DNA from: Longimicrobiales bacterium
GTDB taxonomy: Bacteria > Gemmatimonadota > Gemmatimonadetes > Longimicrobiales > Gaopeijiaceae
Assembly (NCBI GenBank): GCA_038259715.1
Contig: JBBSOM010000001.1
Span: 1 to 27,320 of the forward strand
Direction of reading: 5' to 3'
Length of the DNA: 27,320 nucleotides
Shown here: one piece after another, positions 9,897 through 18,896 of the stretch
Layout of the letters: each line of letters begins with the position of its first letter
How positions within the stretch are numbered: the first letter of the stretch is position 1
Notes under the pieces: model-generated
The model's database searches: none
What the model was told of the DNA's origin: nothing
Seen by the model: only the letters and a program-made list of their open reading frames with translations
Program-made: the position numbers and the translations under genes

Positions 9897-10010
9897 CGGT
9901 TCGGCGTCGCCCGCTGCCGCTGCTGCCCCGGCGTGAAGCCTTGCGATGACATATGTTGTTGATTGGGCTCTGATGGATCGCGGGCCGCCAACCTTAGCGG
10001 TGAGGACATC

Positions 10011-11069
10011 ATGGGTCGACGATACGCCAATATCCTGGAAACCGTGGGCAACACGCCTGTCGTCAAGATCGGCAAGCTGGCGCCCGCGGGTGTCGACCTC
10101 TTCGTCAAGATCGAGGCGTTCAATCCGATGGGTTCGGTCAAGGACCGGCTGGCGCTCGGGGTCATCGAGGACGCGGAGCGCTCGGGCCGGCTGAAGCCGG
10201 GGCAGACGGTCGTCGAGGCCACGAGCGGCAACACCGGCATCGGGCTCGCCATGGTATGCGCGCAAAAGGGCTATCCACTGGTGGTCACGATGGCCGAGAG
10301 CTTCAGCGTCGAGCGGCGCCGTCTGATGCGCTTTCTGGGCGCCAGGGTGGTGCTTACGCCCGCCGCCGAGAAGGGAATCGGCATGGTCAGGAAGGCGGTC
10401 GAGTTGGCCGATGCGCACGGCTGGTTTCTGACACGCCAGTTCGAGAACGAAGCCAACGCGGACATGCACTCGCGCACCACGGCGCGGGAGATCGTGGAGG
10501 ACTTCCGAGGTGAGCGGCTCGACTACTGGGTGACCGGCTTCGGCACGGGTGGCACGCTGAAGGGGGTCGCGCGCGTGCTCGCCAAGGAAAGGCCGGACAC
10601 GAAGATCGTGGTCTGCGAGCCGGTGGACGCGCCCATGCTTACGGACGGGTCCGAGCAGGACCGGAAACCGGACGGGTCGCCGGCCGCGAGCCATCCCGCG
10701 TGGAAGTCGCATCCGCTGCAGGGCTGGAGCCCCGACTTCATTCCGAAGCTGACCGGTGATGCGGTCGCCATGGGCGTGATCGACCGCGTCCTGACCATCG
10801 CCACCGCCGACGCGATGCGATCGAGCCAGCGGCTCGCTCGGGAGGAAGGCATCTTCGTGGGTATCAGCGCCGGCGGGACGTTCGCCGGCGCGCTTCAGGT
10901 ATGCGAAGCGGCGCCCAGCGGCTCGACGGTGCTCTGCATGCTCCCCGACACCGGGGAGCGGTATCTGAGCACGCCGCTGTTCGCGGACGTTCCGACCGAG
11001 ATGAGCGAGGAAGAGATTGGCATCTCGGAGTCGACCCCGAGCTGTCAGTTGAAGAATTCAGCGACGTGA
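10011..11069 (+). CDS. cysK: PLP-dependent cysteine synthase (O-acetylserine sulfhydrylase family), 352 aa
   Basis: Motifs FNPMGSVKDR (PLP lysine), EATSGNTG, QFENEAN, GTGGT and EGIFVGISAG. There is a ~20-aa insertion before HPLQGW. GAGGA RBS precedes ATG 10011. Confidence 0.9.
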   Translation: MGRRYANILETVGNTPVVKIGKLAPAGVDLFVKIEAFNPMGSVKDRLALGVIEDAERSGRLKPGQTVVEATSGNTGIGLAMVCAQKGYPLVVTMAESFSVERRRLMRFLGARVVLTPAAEKGIGMVRKAVELADAHGWFLTRQFENEANADMHSRTTAREIVEDFRGERLDYWVTGFGTGGTLKGVARVLAKERPDTKIVVCEPVDAPMLTDGSEQDRKPDGSPAASHPAWKSHPLQGWSPDFIPKLTGDAVAMGVIDRVLTIATADAMRSSQRLAREEGIFVGISAGGTFAGALQVCEAAPSGSTVLCMLPDTGERYLSTPLFADVPTEMSEEEIGISESTPSCQLKNSAT

Positions 11070-11077
11070 TCTGGTAA

Positions 11078-11111
11078 AGGCCGCGCCCGACTTCCGTGCC
11101 GGGCGCGGCCT
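11078..11111. terminator. GC-rich hairpin between the convergent cysK and BNR genes; probable bidirectional terminator
   Basis: AGGCCGCGCCCG (11078-11089), a 10-nt loop, then CGGGCGCGGCCT (11100-11111) form a perfect 12-bp stem. Only a short U-tract follows on the minus strand. Confidence 0.65.
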
Positions 11112-11135
11112 GAGCGTGTCGGGCGGCCCCGGACC

Positions 11136-14100
11136 TCAGCGCACCCGGCCGCTCACCGCTTGCCACTCCCCGCGCAACGTGGTCAGCATCCCGGTCAGGA
11201 ATGTCTTCTGGGAGGCCTGATCCGTCGTGGGCGGCCCGACCCAGTCGTCCACGGCGCCACGCAACCGTGACAGGCGGGACGTCAGTTCCCGGGTCTCCCG
11301 GTCCAGGTCGTGGACCTTCCCCGACACATCGTCCGGCGCCTTGGCCTCACCCTTGTCGAGGCGCTGCATGGCCGCGTTCACGTCGTGCGCGAGCGCCTGC
11401 GCTTCCAGCAGCGTGGTCGTGATCTCCTGGAGCGTGACGCGCCACTGGTGGCGTACCAGCGGGTCGACGTGGATGCGGGGGTCGTCCTCGACGCGCACCG
11501 CGCGCTCCTGTGTGACGCCGCCCGCCGTCATGCGCACCGTGTAGAGACCCGGGTCGACACGGGCGCCCTGGAGCGCGCTGCGGAAGCCACCCTCCCCGCT
11601 CTCCGCGCTCTCCCCGGGCTCGGTCGGCGCGGTCGCATCCAGCGAATATCTCAGATTCCATTCGGCGCGGTTCACGCCGCGCGCATGCGGCCCGGCCACG
11701 GTCGCGACGTGCCCTCCAGCCGCGTCGAAGACGTCGATCGACACTTCGGTATTCGCGGCGCGCACCCAATAGTCGAGGAGCGCGGCGGCGGGGGGGTTTT
11801 CCCCTTCGAAGATCATGTTGCCCGTGTGCGCGCGTTCGCTGCGGTAACGCGTCTCCTGGGCCGGATCGATCGGGAACAGGTACGCGGCCTGGGCCGCGAC
11901 CTCGGGGGTGAGGTTCTGCAGCGCGCTCACCTGATCGAGGATCCAAACGCCGCGGCCGTGCGTGCCGAGCACCAGGTCGTTGTCCCGCGGGTGGACCAGG
12001 AGGTCGTTCACGGGCACGGTGGGCAGGCCGCCGGTAAGCTCGACCCAGTGGGTGCCCTGGTCCCACGACCAGTACACACCGAATTCGGTGCCGAGGTAGA
12101 GCACGTCGGGGTTTCGGCGGTCCTCGAAGAGAGAGCGCGCCACGCGGTCCGAGGGAAGGTCGCCGACGATCGACGTCCAGGTCCGGCCGTGGTCGTCGGA
12201 GCGCCACAGGTAGTTGGCGTAGTCGTCGTTGCGGTAGTTCGTGACCGCGAGGTAGACGCGGCCGTCGTGCGCCTTCGAGGCGTGCAGGTCGTTGACCCAC
12301 CCGAGCTTGGGCATACCCGGCACGTTGGCCGTCACGTTCGTCCAGGTCTCGCCGCCGTCCGGGGTGACCTGCACCTGGCCGTCATCCGTGCCGACGTACA
12401 GTTCGCCCGGTGTGAACTCGGACTCGGCGATGGCGCTGATCGTCGGCCAATAGGGGATGCCGTCGTCGAGCGAGAGCGTGAAGGTGTCCGGACGTTCACC
12501 CATGATCTCGAGCGTGCGCCGGTCGGTGCCGGTGGTCGGGCTTCCGATCGCTTCCCATGTGTCGCCGCGGTCGGTGCTGCGGTAGAGCTTGTCGAGCCCC
12601 GCATAAAGGGTGTTCGGATCGTGCGGGCTCAGGGTGAACGGTCCGTCCCAGTTGCCCGGCGCCATCGCGTTGCCGAGGCGCTCCTTCGGGTTCTTCAGGT
12701 CCGGCCACGTCGTCCAGTTGCGCCGGTCCCCGATATAGCCTTCGGGCTGATCCGGCCGGATGTCGCGGCCCTCACCGGTCACGATGTCGTTGCGGGTCAG
12801 GCCAAGGTACTGGCTCTCGGAGTAGAGGATGCGGTTGTTCGTCGTGTCGACCCGGGATTGGAACCCGTCGCCGCCGCCCCAGCGGACCCAGTCCTGGTTC
12901 AGGATCCCTTCCGCGCGGTACACCTGGGTGGGGCCCGCCCAACTTCCGTTGTCCTGCAAGCCGCCGTACACGTTGTACGGCACCGCGTTGTCGACGTCGA
13001 CGTGGTACCACTGCGAGAGCGGAAGGTCCGTGACGAACAGGAAGTGGTTGCCGCGGTCGTAGCTGATGCCCAGCCCGCCGTCGTCGGCCTTCATGACATG
13101 GTTCGAGTCGTGCGGGTCCACCCACACGAAGCGGTCGTCGCCGTGCGTGCGGTCCTCGCGCGGTACGGTGAACGTCTTGCCGGCGTCGTCCGAATACGAG
13201 TACGCGTTCAGCATGTAGACGCGCTGGTCGTCGTTCGGGTCCACCGTGGGCTGACTCGCGTACATCGGGCGAGGATTCCAGTCGCTCTGGAACGTCCACG
13301 TGGCACCCCCGTCGTCGGAACGGTAGAGGCCGGCGCCAGTCTGTTGGTATGCGGTCGACGCGTTGTAGCGTTCACCCTGCTCGACGCTCACGTACAGGAT
13401 GCGCGGGTCCTTCGGGTACACGGCGATGCCGATGCGGCCGATCACGCCCGTGGGAAGTCCGTTGTCGAGTCCGGCGTTGGTCAGCTTGGTCCAGTTTTCA
13501 CCGCCGTCCGTCGACTTGTAGAGCCCGCTCCCGGGCCCGCCACCGTGGAAGCCCCAGGGCCGGCGCCGACGTTGGTACATGGCGGCGTAGACCGTGCGCG
13601 GGTTCGCCGGATCGATGGCGACATCCGCTGCGCCGGTTTCCGCGTCCACGTACAGGACCTTCCGCCACGTCTGACCGCCGTCGGTGGACTTGAAGAGTCC
13701 GCGCTCTTCGTTCGGGCCCCAGAGGTGTCCCATGGCCGCGACGTAGAGGGTGTTCACGTCCGTCGGGTCGAGCGCAACGCGGCCGATTTCCTTGGTGTCA
13801 CCGAGCCCCATGTTGTGCCACGTCCCGCCGCCGTCCGTGGACTTGTAGACGCCGTCTCCCCACCCGTTGCTCTGGCGGCTCGCGCGCTCGCCCGTGCCCA
13901 CCCAGACGATACTGGTATCGATCTGGCTCACGGCGATGTCACCGACCGAGTGGGTGGCCTCCCGGTAGAACACGGGCTGGAAGCGCACGCCGTTGTCCGT
14001 GGTCTTCCAGACGCCACCCGTGGCCGCGGCGACGTAGAAGACGCGCGCGTCCTTCTCCACGACCGCGATGTCGACGATGCGTCCGCTCACCACGGCTGGG

Positions 14101-14231
14101 CCGATCTCGCGGGGCCGGAGACCGGCGACGTCGGCCTGGGACAACGTCTGCCCGGATGCGAAAGACGGGACCGCGACGAGGATGGACGTCGCGACCATCA
14201 CAGTTCGAAGCGCGAAATGGGAACGGATCAA
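11136..14231 (-). CDS. Large secreted BNR/Asp-box (VPS10/sortilin-like) beta-propeller protein, putative glycosyl hydrolase, ~1031 aa
   Basis: Repeated Asp-boxes (KTTDNG, KSTDGG x3, RSDDGG, SYDRG, RSTDRG, RSDDHG), plus IGPAVVSGRI, YGGLQDNGSW and LVLGTHGRGVWI, with a helical C-terminal tail. Start is uncertain: TTG 14231 (GGAG, 7-nt spacer) or ATG 14198. Confidence 0.88.
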   Translation of the reverse strand: MIRSHFALRTVMVATSILVAVPSFASGQTLSQADVAGLRPREIGPAVVSGRIVDIAVVEKDARVFYVAAATGGVWKTTDNGVRFQPVFYREATHSVGDIAVSQIDTSIVWVGTGERASRQSNGWGDGVYKSTDGGGTWHNMGLGDTKEIGRVALDPTDVNTLYVAAMGHLWGPNEERGLFKSTDGGQTWRKVLYVDAETGAADVAIDPANPRTVYAAMYQRRRRPWGFHGGGPGSGLYKSTDGGENWTKLTNAGLDNGLPTGVIGRIGIAVYPKDPRILYVSVEQGERYNASTAYQQTGAGLYRSDDGGATWTFQSDWNPRPMYASQPTVDPNDDQRVYMLNAYSYSDDAGKTFTVPREDRTHGDDRFVWVDPHDSNHVMKADDGGLGISYDRGNHFLFVTDLPLSQWYHVDVDNAVPYNVYGGLQDNGSWAGPTQVYRAEGILNQDWVRWGGGDGFQSRVDTTNNRILYSESQYLGLTRNDIVTGEGRDIRPDQPEGYIGDRRNWTTWPDLKNPKERLGNAMAPGNWDGPFTLSPHDPNTLYAGLDKLYRSTDRGDTWEAIGSPTTGTDRRTLEIMGERPDTFTLSLDDGIPYWPTISAIAESEFTPGELYVGTDDGQVQVTPDGGETWTNVTANVPGMPKLGWVNDLHASKAHDGRVYLAVTNYRNDDYANYLWRSDDHGRTWTSIVGDLPSDRVARSLFEDRRNPDVLYLGTEFGVYWSWDQGTHWVELTGGLPTVPVNDLLVHPRDNDLVLGTHGRGVWILDQVSALQNLTPEVAAQAAYLFPIDPAQETRYRSERAHTGNMIFEGENPPAAALLDYWVRAANTEVSIDVFDAAGGHVATVAGPHARGVNRAEWNLRYSLDATAPTEPGESAESGEGGFRSALQGARVDPGLYTVRMTAGGVTQERAVRVEDDPRIHVDPLVRHQWRVTLQEITTTLLEAQALAHDVNAAMQRLDKGEAKAPDDVSGKVHDLDRETRELTSRLSRLRGAVDDWVGPPTTDQASQKTFLTGMLTTLRGEWQAVSGRVR

Positions 14232-14372
14232 GGTGGGACTCCGGCTGGGTCGATTCAGGGGTCGAATCCTAAAGATGCCCAGTCCTCGTGTGCCCCAGCA
14301 AGCGCACTTCCGCCTGGCTTCGTATCGTGCAATCGTCCATGCGTGTGTCCCTCTCCGCTGGAGGCCCCATCC

Positions 14373-15797
14373 ATGCTTCTCCGTCGCTTCTACGACGACA
14401 AGCTCGCGCAGGCCAGCTATATGGTCGGTTGTCAGGCCACGGGCGAGGCCCTCGTCGTCGACCCGCACCGTGACGTCGACGTCTACGTGACCGCGGCCGA
14501 GCAGGAAGGCATGGCGATCCGGTGGGTCGGCGAGACCCACATCCATGCCGACTACCTCTCGGGTTCCCGGGAACTGGCGGCACGCGCGGGCGCGGGCCTG
14601 CTCCTGTCCGGAGACGCTCCTCCCGAGTGGCGCTACGCCTTCGCGGAGGGCGACGGCGCCCGACTCGTGCACGACGGGGATGAGGTCCGCCTGGGTAAGA
14701 TCGGCATCCGCATTCTCCATACGCCCGGACACACTCCCGAGCACATCTCGTTCATGATCACGGACGGCGCGGCTTCGGACCAACCCATGGGTGTACTCAC
14801 GGGCGACTTCGTGTTCGTCGGGGACGTGGGCCGCCCCGACCTGCTCGAAAAGGCGGCCGGGGTGAAGGGCACGATGGAGTATGGGGCCAGAGTGCTCTAC
14901 CGGTCGCTCCAACGTTTCCGGCAATTGCCCGACTACCTTCAACTGTTGCCGGGACATGGCGCCGGTTCCGCCTGCGGAAAGGCGCTCGGGTCGGTTCCCA
15001 CGTCGACGCTCGGGTACGAGAAGCTCGTGAATTGGGCGTTTCAGTGCACGACGGAGGAAGAGTTCGTGGCCCGGGTACTCGAGGACCAACCCGAGCCGCC
15101 CCGGTACTTCGCCGAGATGAAGCGGATGAACCGTGACGGCCCCGCGATCCTCGGATCAATGCCGGCACCGCCGCGCCTGCCGGACGACGCGCTGGCGAGC
15201 GCACTGTCCTCCGGCGATCCTCTCGTCGATACGCGGCCGCGTGCGGTCTTCGCCGGGGGTCATGTCCCCGGCACCCTGAACATCCCGCTCGACCGCTCCT
15301 TCCCGAACTGGGCAGGGTGGTTCCTCCCGTACGACCGGCCGATCCGACTCATCGCGGAAGGAGCGGCGCAGGCGCGCGAGGCGGTGCGCGACCTGGTGTT
15401 GATCGGGCTCGACCGCGTTGCCGGTTGGTTCGACGCGTCGGCGGTGGAGGCGTGGGCGGCCCGGGAGGGGCCGCTCGCGACGTACGCCGTCCTCGACTGG
15501 GAGGGCGCGGAGCGGGCGGTCCGCGACGAGGGAGCCGTGCTGGTGGACGTGCGCAACCAGACGGAATGGAACGATTCCCACGTCCCGGGTGCGCACCACG
15601 TGCACCTCGGTTACCTGCGTGAGCGTGCGGGCGAGTTGCCGCGGGATCGGCCGCTGCTGGTATACTGCCGTACCGGAGCGCGCTCGGCGATCGCCGCCAG
15701 CATTCTGCGGGCGGAAGGCTTCGGCGACGTGGCGAACGTCGACGGCGGGATCACGGCACGGATCCGGCAAGGGCTCCCGGTGGAGGCTGCGGACTGA
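14373..15797 (+). CDS. MBL-fold persulfide dioxygenase-rhodanese fusion (CstB-like: PDO, pseudo-rhodanese, rhodanese), 474 aa
   Basis: Fe ligands in THIHAD, PGHTPEH and FVGDVGRPD. Conserved GHGAGSACGK cysteine. The first rhodanese domain lacks Cys; the second has VYCRTGARS. GGAGG RBS upstream. Confidence 0.88.
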   Translation: MLLRRFYDDKLAQASYMVGCQATGEALVVDPHRDVDVYVTAAEQEGMAIRWVGETHIHADYLSGSRELAARAGAGLLLSGDAPPEWRYAFAEGDGARLVHDGDEVRLGKIGIRILHTPGHTPEHISFMITDGAASDQPMGVLTGDFVFVGDVGRPDLLEKAAGVKGTMEYGARVLYRSLQRFRQLPDYLQLLPGHGAGSACGKALGSVPTSTLGYEKLVNWAFQCTTEEEFVARVLEDQPEPPRYFAEMKRMNRDGPAILGSMPAPPRLPDDALASALSSGDPLVDTRPRAVFAGGHVPGTLNIPLDRSFPNWAGWFLPYDRPIRLIAEGAAQAREAVRDLVLIGLDRVAGWFDASAVEAWAAREGPLATYAVLDWEGAERAVRDEGAVLVDVRNQTEWNDSHVPGAHHVHLGYLRERAGELPRDRPLLVYCRTGARSAIAASILRAEGFGDVANVDGGITARIRQGLPVEAAD

Positions 15798-15864
15798 GCG
15801 CGCCGACGGCGGTCGTACGTGCGGATCCCGCACTCTCGCGTGGCCGGGGTGCACCGGCCTACAT

Positions 15865-15894
15865 TCGGTGTCCCTGTGATCGGTGACCCTGTGA
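15865..15894 (+). repeat. Tandem 15-bp direct repeat upstream of the HEAT-repeat gene
   Basis: TCGGTGTCCCTGTGA followed directly by TCGGTGACCCTGTGA (14/15 identical), starting at the last base of a -10-like TACATT (15860-15865). Confidence 0.7.
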
Positions 15895-15922
15895 CTCGCC
15901 CCCGAATCCCTCTCGGAGACGT

Positions 15923-17050
15923 ATGCAGCCGTTGGAGCCCAGGAAGGAGCTGACCGGGATCGCCCGCTCCATCGACGCGCTGTTCCGCGAGTCCAGGGGC
16001 CCGGGAGTGACGGGCGAGGAGATGGTATGGGAGGAGGTCCAGGAGACGGAGCCTTCTGGACCCCCGGTCGCGGCCGCCGACCCCGCCGCGCTGGGTGCCG
16101 CGGTCGACGCCTTCCTGGCGTCCGCTCCTCTCGATCGCGGCGGAAAGGGAAGTGCCGTCCGTACGGCGGCAGCGCCGCTCCGTGAGGCCAACCAGCTCGA
16201 CGTCCTGGCCGACGCCGTGGAGCGGCTTACCCTCGAGGCCGGTGATCCGCCGGACGAGGCGTGTCTGGCCATGGCGCAAGCGCTGCTCAGCCCCGGTGTC
16301 GCGAGCTGGATCGCGGCGCGCCTGGGGGCGACGGACGACGGGGAGCGACGCGCGCGATTGGTCGCGATCAGTCGGATGCTGGGTCACGACATGGTCGTTG
16401 CGATCTCCGACGCTCTGACCTCCTCCACCGATCGGCCTGCCCGGCGGACGTACCTGGACGCCATGGTGGCCATAGGGGATGTGGCGACGCCGATCGTCGA
16501 GCAGATGGTCGAGGACAATAGGGGGTTCGTCATCCGCGACGGCGTCGCGCTCCTGGGTGAGGTCGGCGGTGACCACGCGGTCGAGTTGATCATCGGCACG
16601 CTTGCGCACAGCGAGCCCGCGGTCCGGCGCGAAGCGGTCCTGGCGCTGTGCAAGGTCGGCGGTGAGGACGCCGCGATGCTTGTCCAGGGAATGATCCAGG
16701 ATCCGGATCCGGAGGTGCGTATCGCCGCGGCGACGGCCGCCGGCGACCTCAAGGTCGAGCGCGCGATGAAGCCGCTCCTCGAGGTGCTCGACAGCGAGAC
16801 CGATCCCGCCGTGGTCATCGGCGTTCTGGGGGCGCTCGGCCGGCTCGGGGACCCGGGCGCGGTGAACGCCATTGAAAAGCGCGCGGTGGGGTCGTTCTTC
16901 TCGCACCCCCCGGCGGACGTCCGGATTGCCGCCTACCGCGCGCTGCACGACATCGGGACACCGCATGCGAAGAGCCTGCTCGCGCAGGCCGCCGACGACA
17001 AGGACGCCGACGTGAAGACGGCAGTCCGTCAGCTCCTGGGTATGCGGTAA
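15923..17050 (+). CDS. HEAT/PBS-lyase repeat protein, 375 aa
   Basis: The C-terminal half has repeats such as HSEPAVRREAVLALCKVG, DPDPEVRIAAATAAG, DPAVVIGVLGALGRLG and DVRIAAYRAL. The N-terminal region is not recognised. Confidence 0.82.
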   Translation: MQPLEPRKELTGIARSIDALFRESRGPGVTGEEMVWEEVQETEPSGPPVAAADPAALGAAVDAFLASAPLDRGGKGSAVRTAAAPLREANQLDVLADAVERLTLEAGDPPDEACLAMAQALLSPGVASWIAARLGATDDGERRARLVAISRMLGHDMVVAISDALTSSTDRPARRTYLDAMVAIGDVATPIVEQMVEDNRGFVIRDGVALLGEVGGDHAVELIIGTLAHSEPAVRREAVLALCKVGGEDAAMLVQGMIQDPDPEVRIAAATAAGDLKVERAMKPLLEVLDSETDPAVVIGVLGALGRLGDPGAVNAIEKRAVGSFFSHPPADVRIAAYRALHDIGTPHAKSLLAQAADDKDADVKTAVRQLLGMR

Positions 17051-17055
17051 AGGGG

Positions 17056-17586
17056 CTACGGAGCGTTCGCCACCCGCTCGATCACGCGGACGTTCTCGGT
17101 GTCCAGCGGACTGAAACGACCGATCCACAGGTGCCGGACCACACCCTCGGCATCGAGCAGGAACGTTTCGGGCACGCCCACCGTGGTGAAGCGGCGTACG
17201 AAGCGCTGGCCCGGGTCGTGCCAGATCGGGAAGTCCACGCCCGCGTCGGCCAGGAACGCGTGGATCTGGTCGCGGGCGCCTGCGGCGTCGATGCTCACGC
17301 CCACGACCTGGAGGCGGTCCCCCATCTGCTCATGAAGGGCCTGCAAGTCGGGCATCTCCTGCCGACATGGGACGCACCACGTAGCCCAGAGATTGAGCAG
17401 GACGGGCCGGCCGCGGAGCGCGGCGAGATCCACGCTGTCGCCCTGGAGGGACCGGGCGCCGTACTCCGGCGCCCGGTCCCCCTCGGCCACGGGACGGTGG
17501 GCGCCCGGGCCCGACCCGCCACAGGACGCCACCGCCGCCGCCACGGCCGTCATCCACACGGCCGCCGGCGGCGTTAGTCGGCTCAT
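17056..17586 (-). CDS. TlpA/ResA family thiol-disulfide oxidoreductase, probable lipoprotein, 176 aa
   Basis: LLNLWATWCVPCRQEMP (CxxC) and GVPETFLLD (cis-Pro loop). Lipobox-like VASC. ATGA overlap with the upstream gene. Confidence 0.92.
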   Translation of the reverse strand: MSRLTPPAAVWMTAVAAAVASCGGSGPGAHRPVAEGDRAPEYGARSLQGDSVDLAALRGRPVLLNLWATWCVPCRQEMPDLQALHEQMGDRLQVVGVSIDAAGARDQIHAFLADAGVDFPIWHDPGQRFVRRFTTVGVPETFLLDAEGVVRHLWIGRFSPLDTENVRVIERVANAP

Positions 17587-18896
17587 GACGGCGTCACGCC
17601 ACGAAACCGGACTGCGTCACCCTCGAGCCAGGCGACCACGGCCCCACCGTTCAGCGGCGCGATGGCGGGGTTGGATCCGGGGGTGACCACGGGGTCGCCG
17701 GCCTGGGCGTTCCCGGCGCGTGCGTTGCTCAGCAGAAAGGATGGGGCCTCCTCCCGCCGGTCCTCCCATGCGACCCATGCACCGTCGTGCCCATCGGGAG
17801 CCAGCGCGACCTGGGAAGGCGGCACCCACCCTCCGGCGAGGAGGGGCGCCGCGCTCGCAAAGGTCCGTCCGCCGTTGCTCGACACCGCGTGATACATCCC
17901 GGCGCCACTGTCTCGACCCGTGTACCACGCCACATGCAGGCCGCCCGCGGCATCCACCGTGAGGGCGGGGCCGGCGTGGGGACACCCCGGAAAGACCCAT
18001 CCGTCGTCCGCCACCTTGACCGGCGCCTTCCAGGTGCGGCCGCCGTCCGTGGAGCGCGCCACCACGACGTCACGGACGTCCCCCTCGAAGATCTTCCGCC
18101 ATGCCACGAAGAGCGTGCCGTCGGGCGCGGCCGCGAGCGCCGTGCGGCAACAGGGGCACGTCTCCGTGTCGACCACTATGCCGGGCTCGAAGCTTTCGCC
18201 TCCGTTGTGCGATACGGCGACCCGGACGCTCGAGCTGGACCCGTCGGACATGGCCATGTCGCTGTGCGACATTTCGGCGTGCGCCACGGTGCCGTCCGTT
18301 CGCGTCTCCGGGCCGCCGGATTCCGCGTTCGCGCTCTCTCGCCCATCGAGCCAGGACACGACCACGGAGCCATCCGGCGCCACCAAGAGGTTGTGGAACG
18401 TGTGGGAGGCCGGCTGGCCGCCCGCGTCGTCGTTCACGGTGATGGCGGGAGCGAACGTGCGCCCGCCGTCCTCCGAACGCGCCAGGCGGAGGTCACTCGC
18501 GGGAAAGCGGCGGCCTTCGATGATGGTATTGTTCTGCCAGGCCACGTAGACGTGACCGCCGGGCCCGGCCGCGACCTGCGCCGGTGCCTGGAGATGCGGG
18601 GCTGCATCCTGGTCGATGTCGTTCACGCGCACGGGCGCTCCGGTCGCCGATCCCCCGACGACCGTGGCCAACCGGACGTTGCCCGTCGAGCCTTCCGCGC
18701 CCTCCACCCAGGCCACGTACGCCGTGTCACTCCCCGGCGCCACCGCCACGGTGGGATTGCTCGCCCCCATCTCCGCCAGTGTGACCATGGGGCCCAAGGT
18801 CACAGGGTGCTCGGTGCATCCCGCCCATAGCAGGACCGCGATCGCGGCCGTGGATCCGGCCCGCACCATCGTGTTCATCCGCATCATCGAGTTCAT
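17583..18896 (-). CDS. Asp-box (sialidase-like fold) beta-propeller lipoprotein with Cys motifs, 437 aa
   Basis: Lipobox LWAGC. Asp-boxes SEDGGRTF, SHNGGESF, STDGGRTW and SSNGGRTF. Motifs TCPCCRT and GCPHAGP. ATG 18896 overlaps the receptor stop (ATGA). Confidence 0.85.
   Translation of the reverse strand: MNSMMRMNTMVRAGSTAAIAVLLWAGCTEHPVTLGPMVTLAEMGASNPTVAVAPGSDTAYVAWVEGAEGSTGNVRLATVVGGSATGAPVRVNDIDQDAAPHLQAPAQVAAGPGGHVYVAWQNNTIIEGRRFPASDLRLARSEDGGRTFAPAITVNDDAGGQPASHTFHNLLVAPDGSVVVSWLDGRESANAESGGPETRTDGTVAHAEMSHSDMAMSDGSSSSVRVAVSHNGGESFEPGIVVDTETCPCCRTALAAAPDGTLFVAWRKIFEGDVRDVVVARSTDGGRTWKAPVKVADDGWVFPGCPHAGPALTVDAAGGLHVAWYTGRDSGAGMYHAVSSNGGRTFASAAPLLAGGWVPPSQVALAPDGHDGAWVAWEDRREEAPSFLLSNARAGNAQAGDPVVTPGSNPAIAPLNGGAVVAWLEGDAVRFRGVTPS

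Noticed and set aside
9941-9962. AT-rich patch with the 8-bp palindrome ACATATGT upstream of cysK
   Set aside because: Too short to distinguish from chance. It probably reflects a -10 element (TATGTT), and no matching -35 or second copy was found.
14247-14270. GGGTCGATTC / GGGTCGAATCC repeats resembling a tRNA T-arm
   Set aside because: They lack the TTC of the T-loop, and no acceptor, D or anticodon arms can be formed. At most this is a weak 12-bp-period repeat in a divergent promoter.
11310-15797. 1495-aa plus-strand ORF that looks like a giant fusion
   Set aside because: The first ~1020 codons are the stop-free antisense shadow of the BNR gene. Only 14373-15797, which has its own RBS and MBL motifs, is protein-like.
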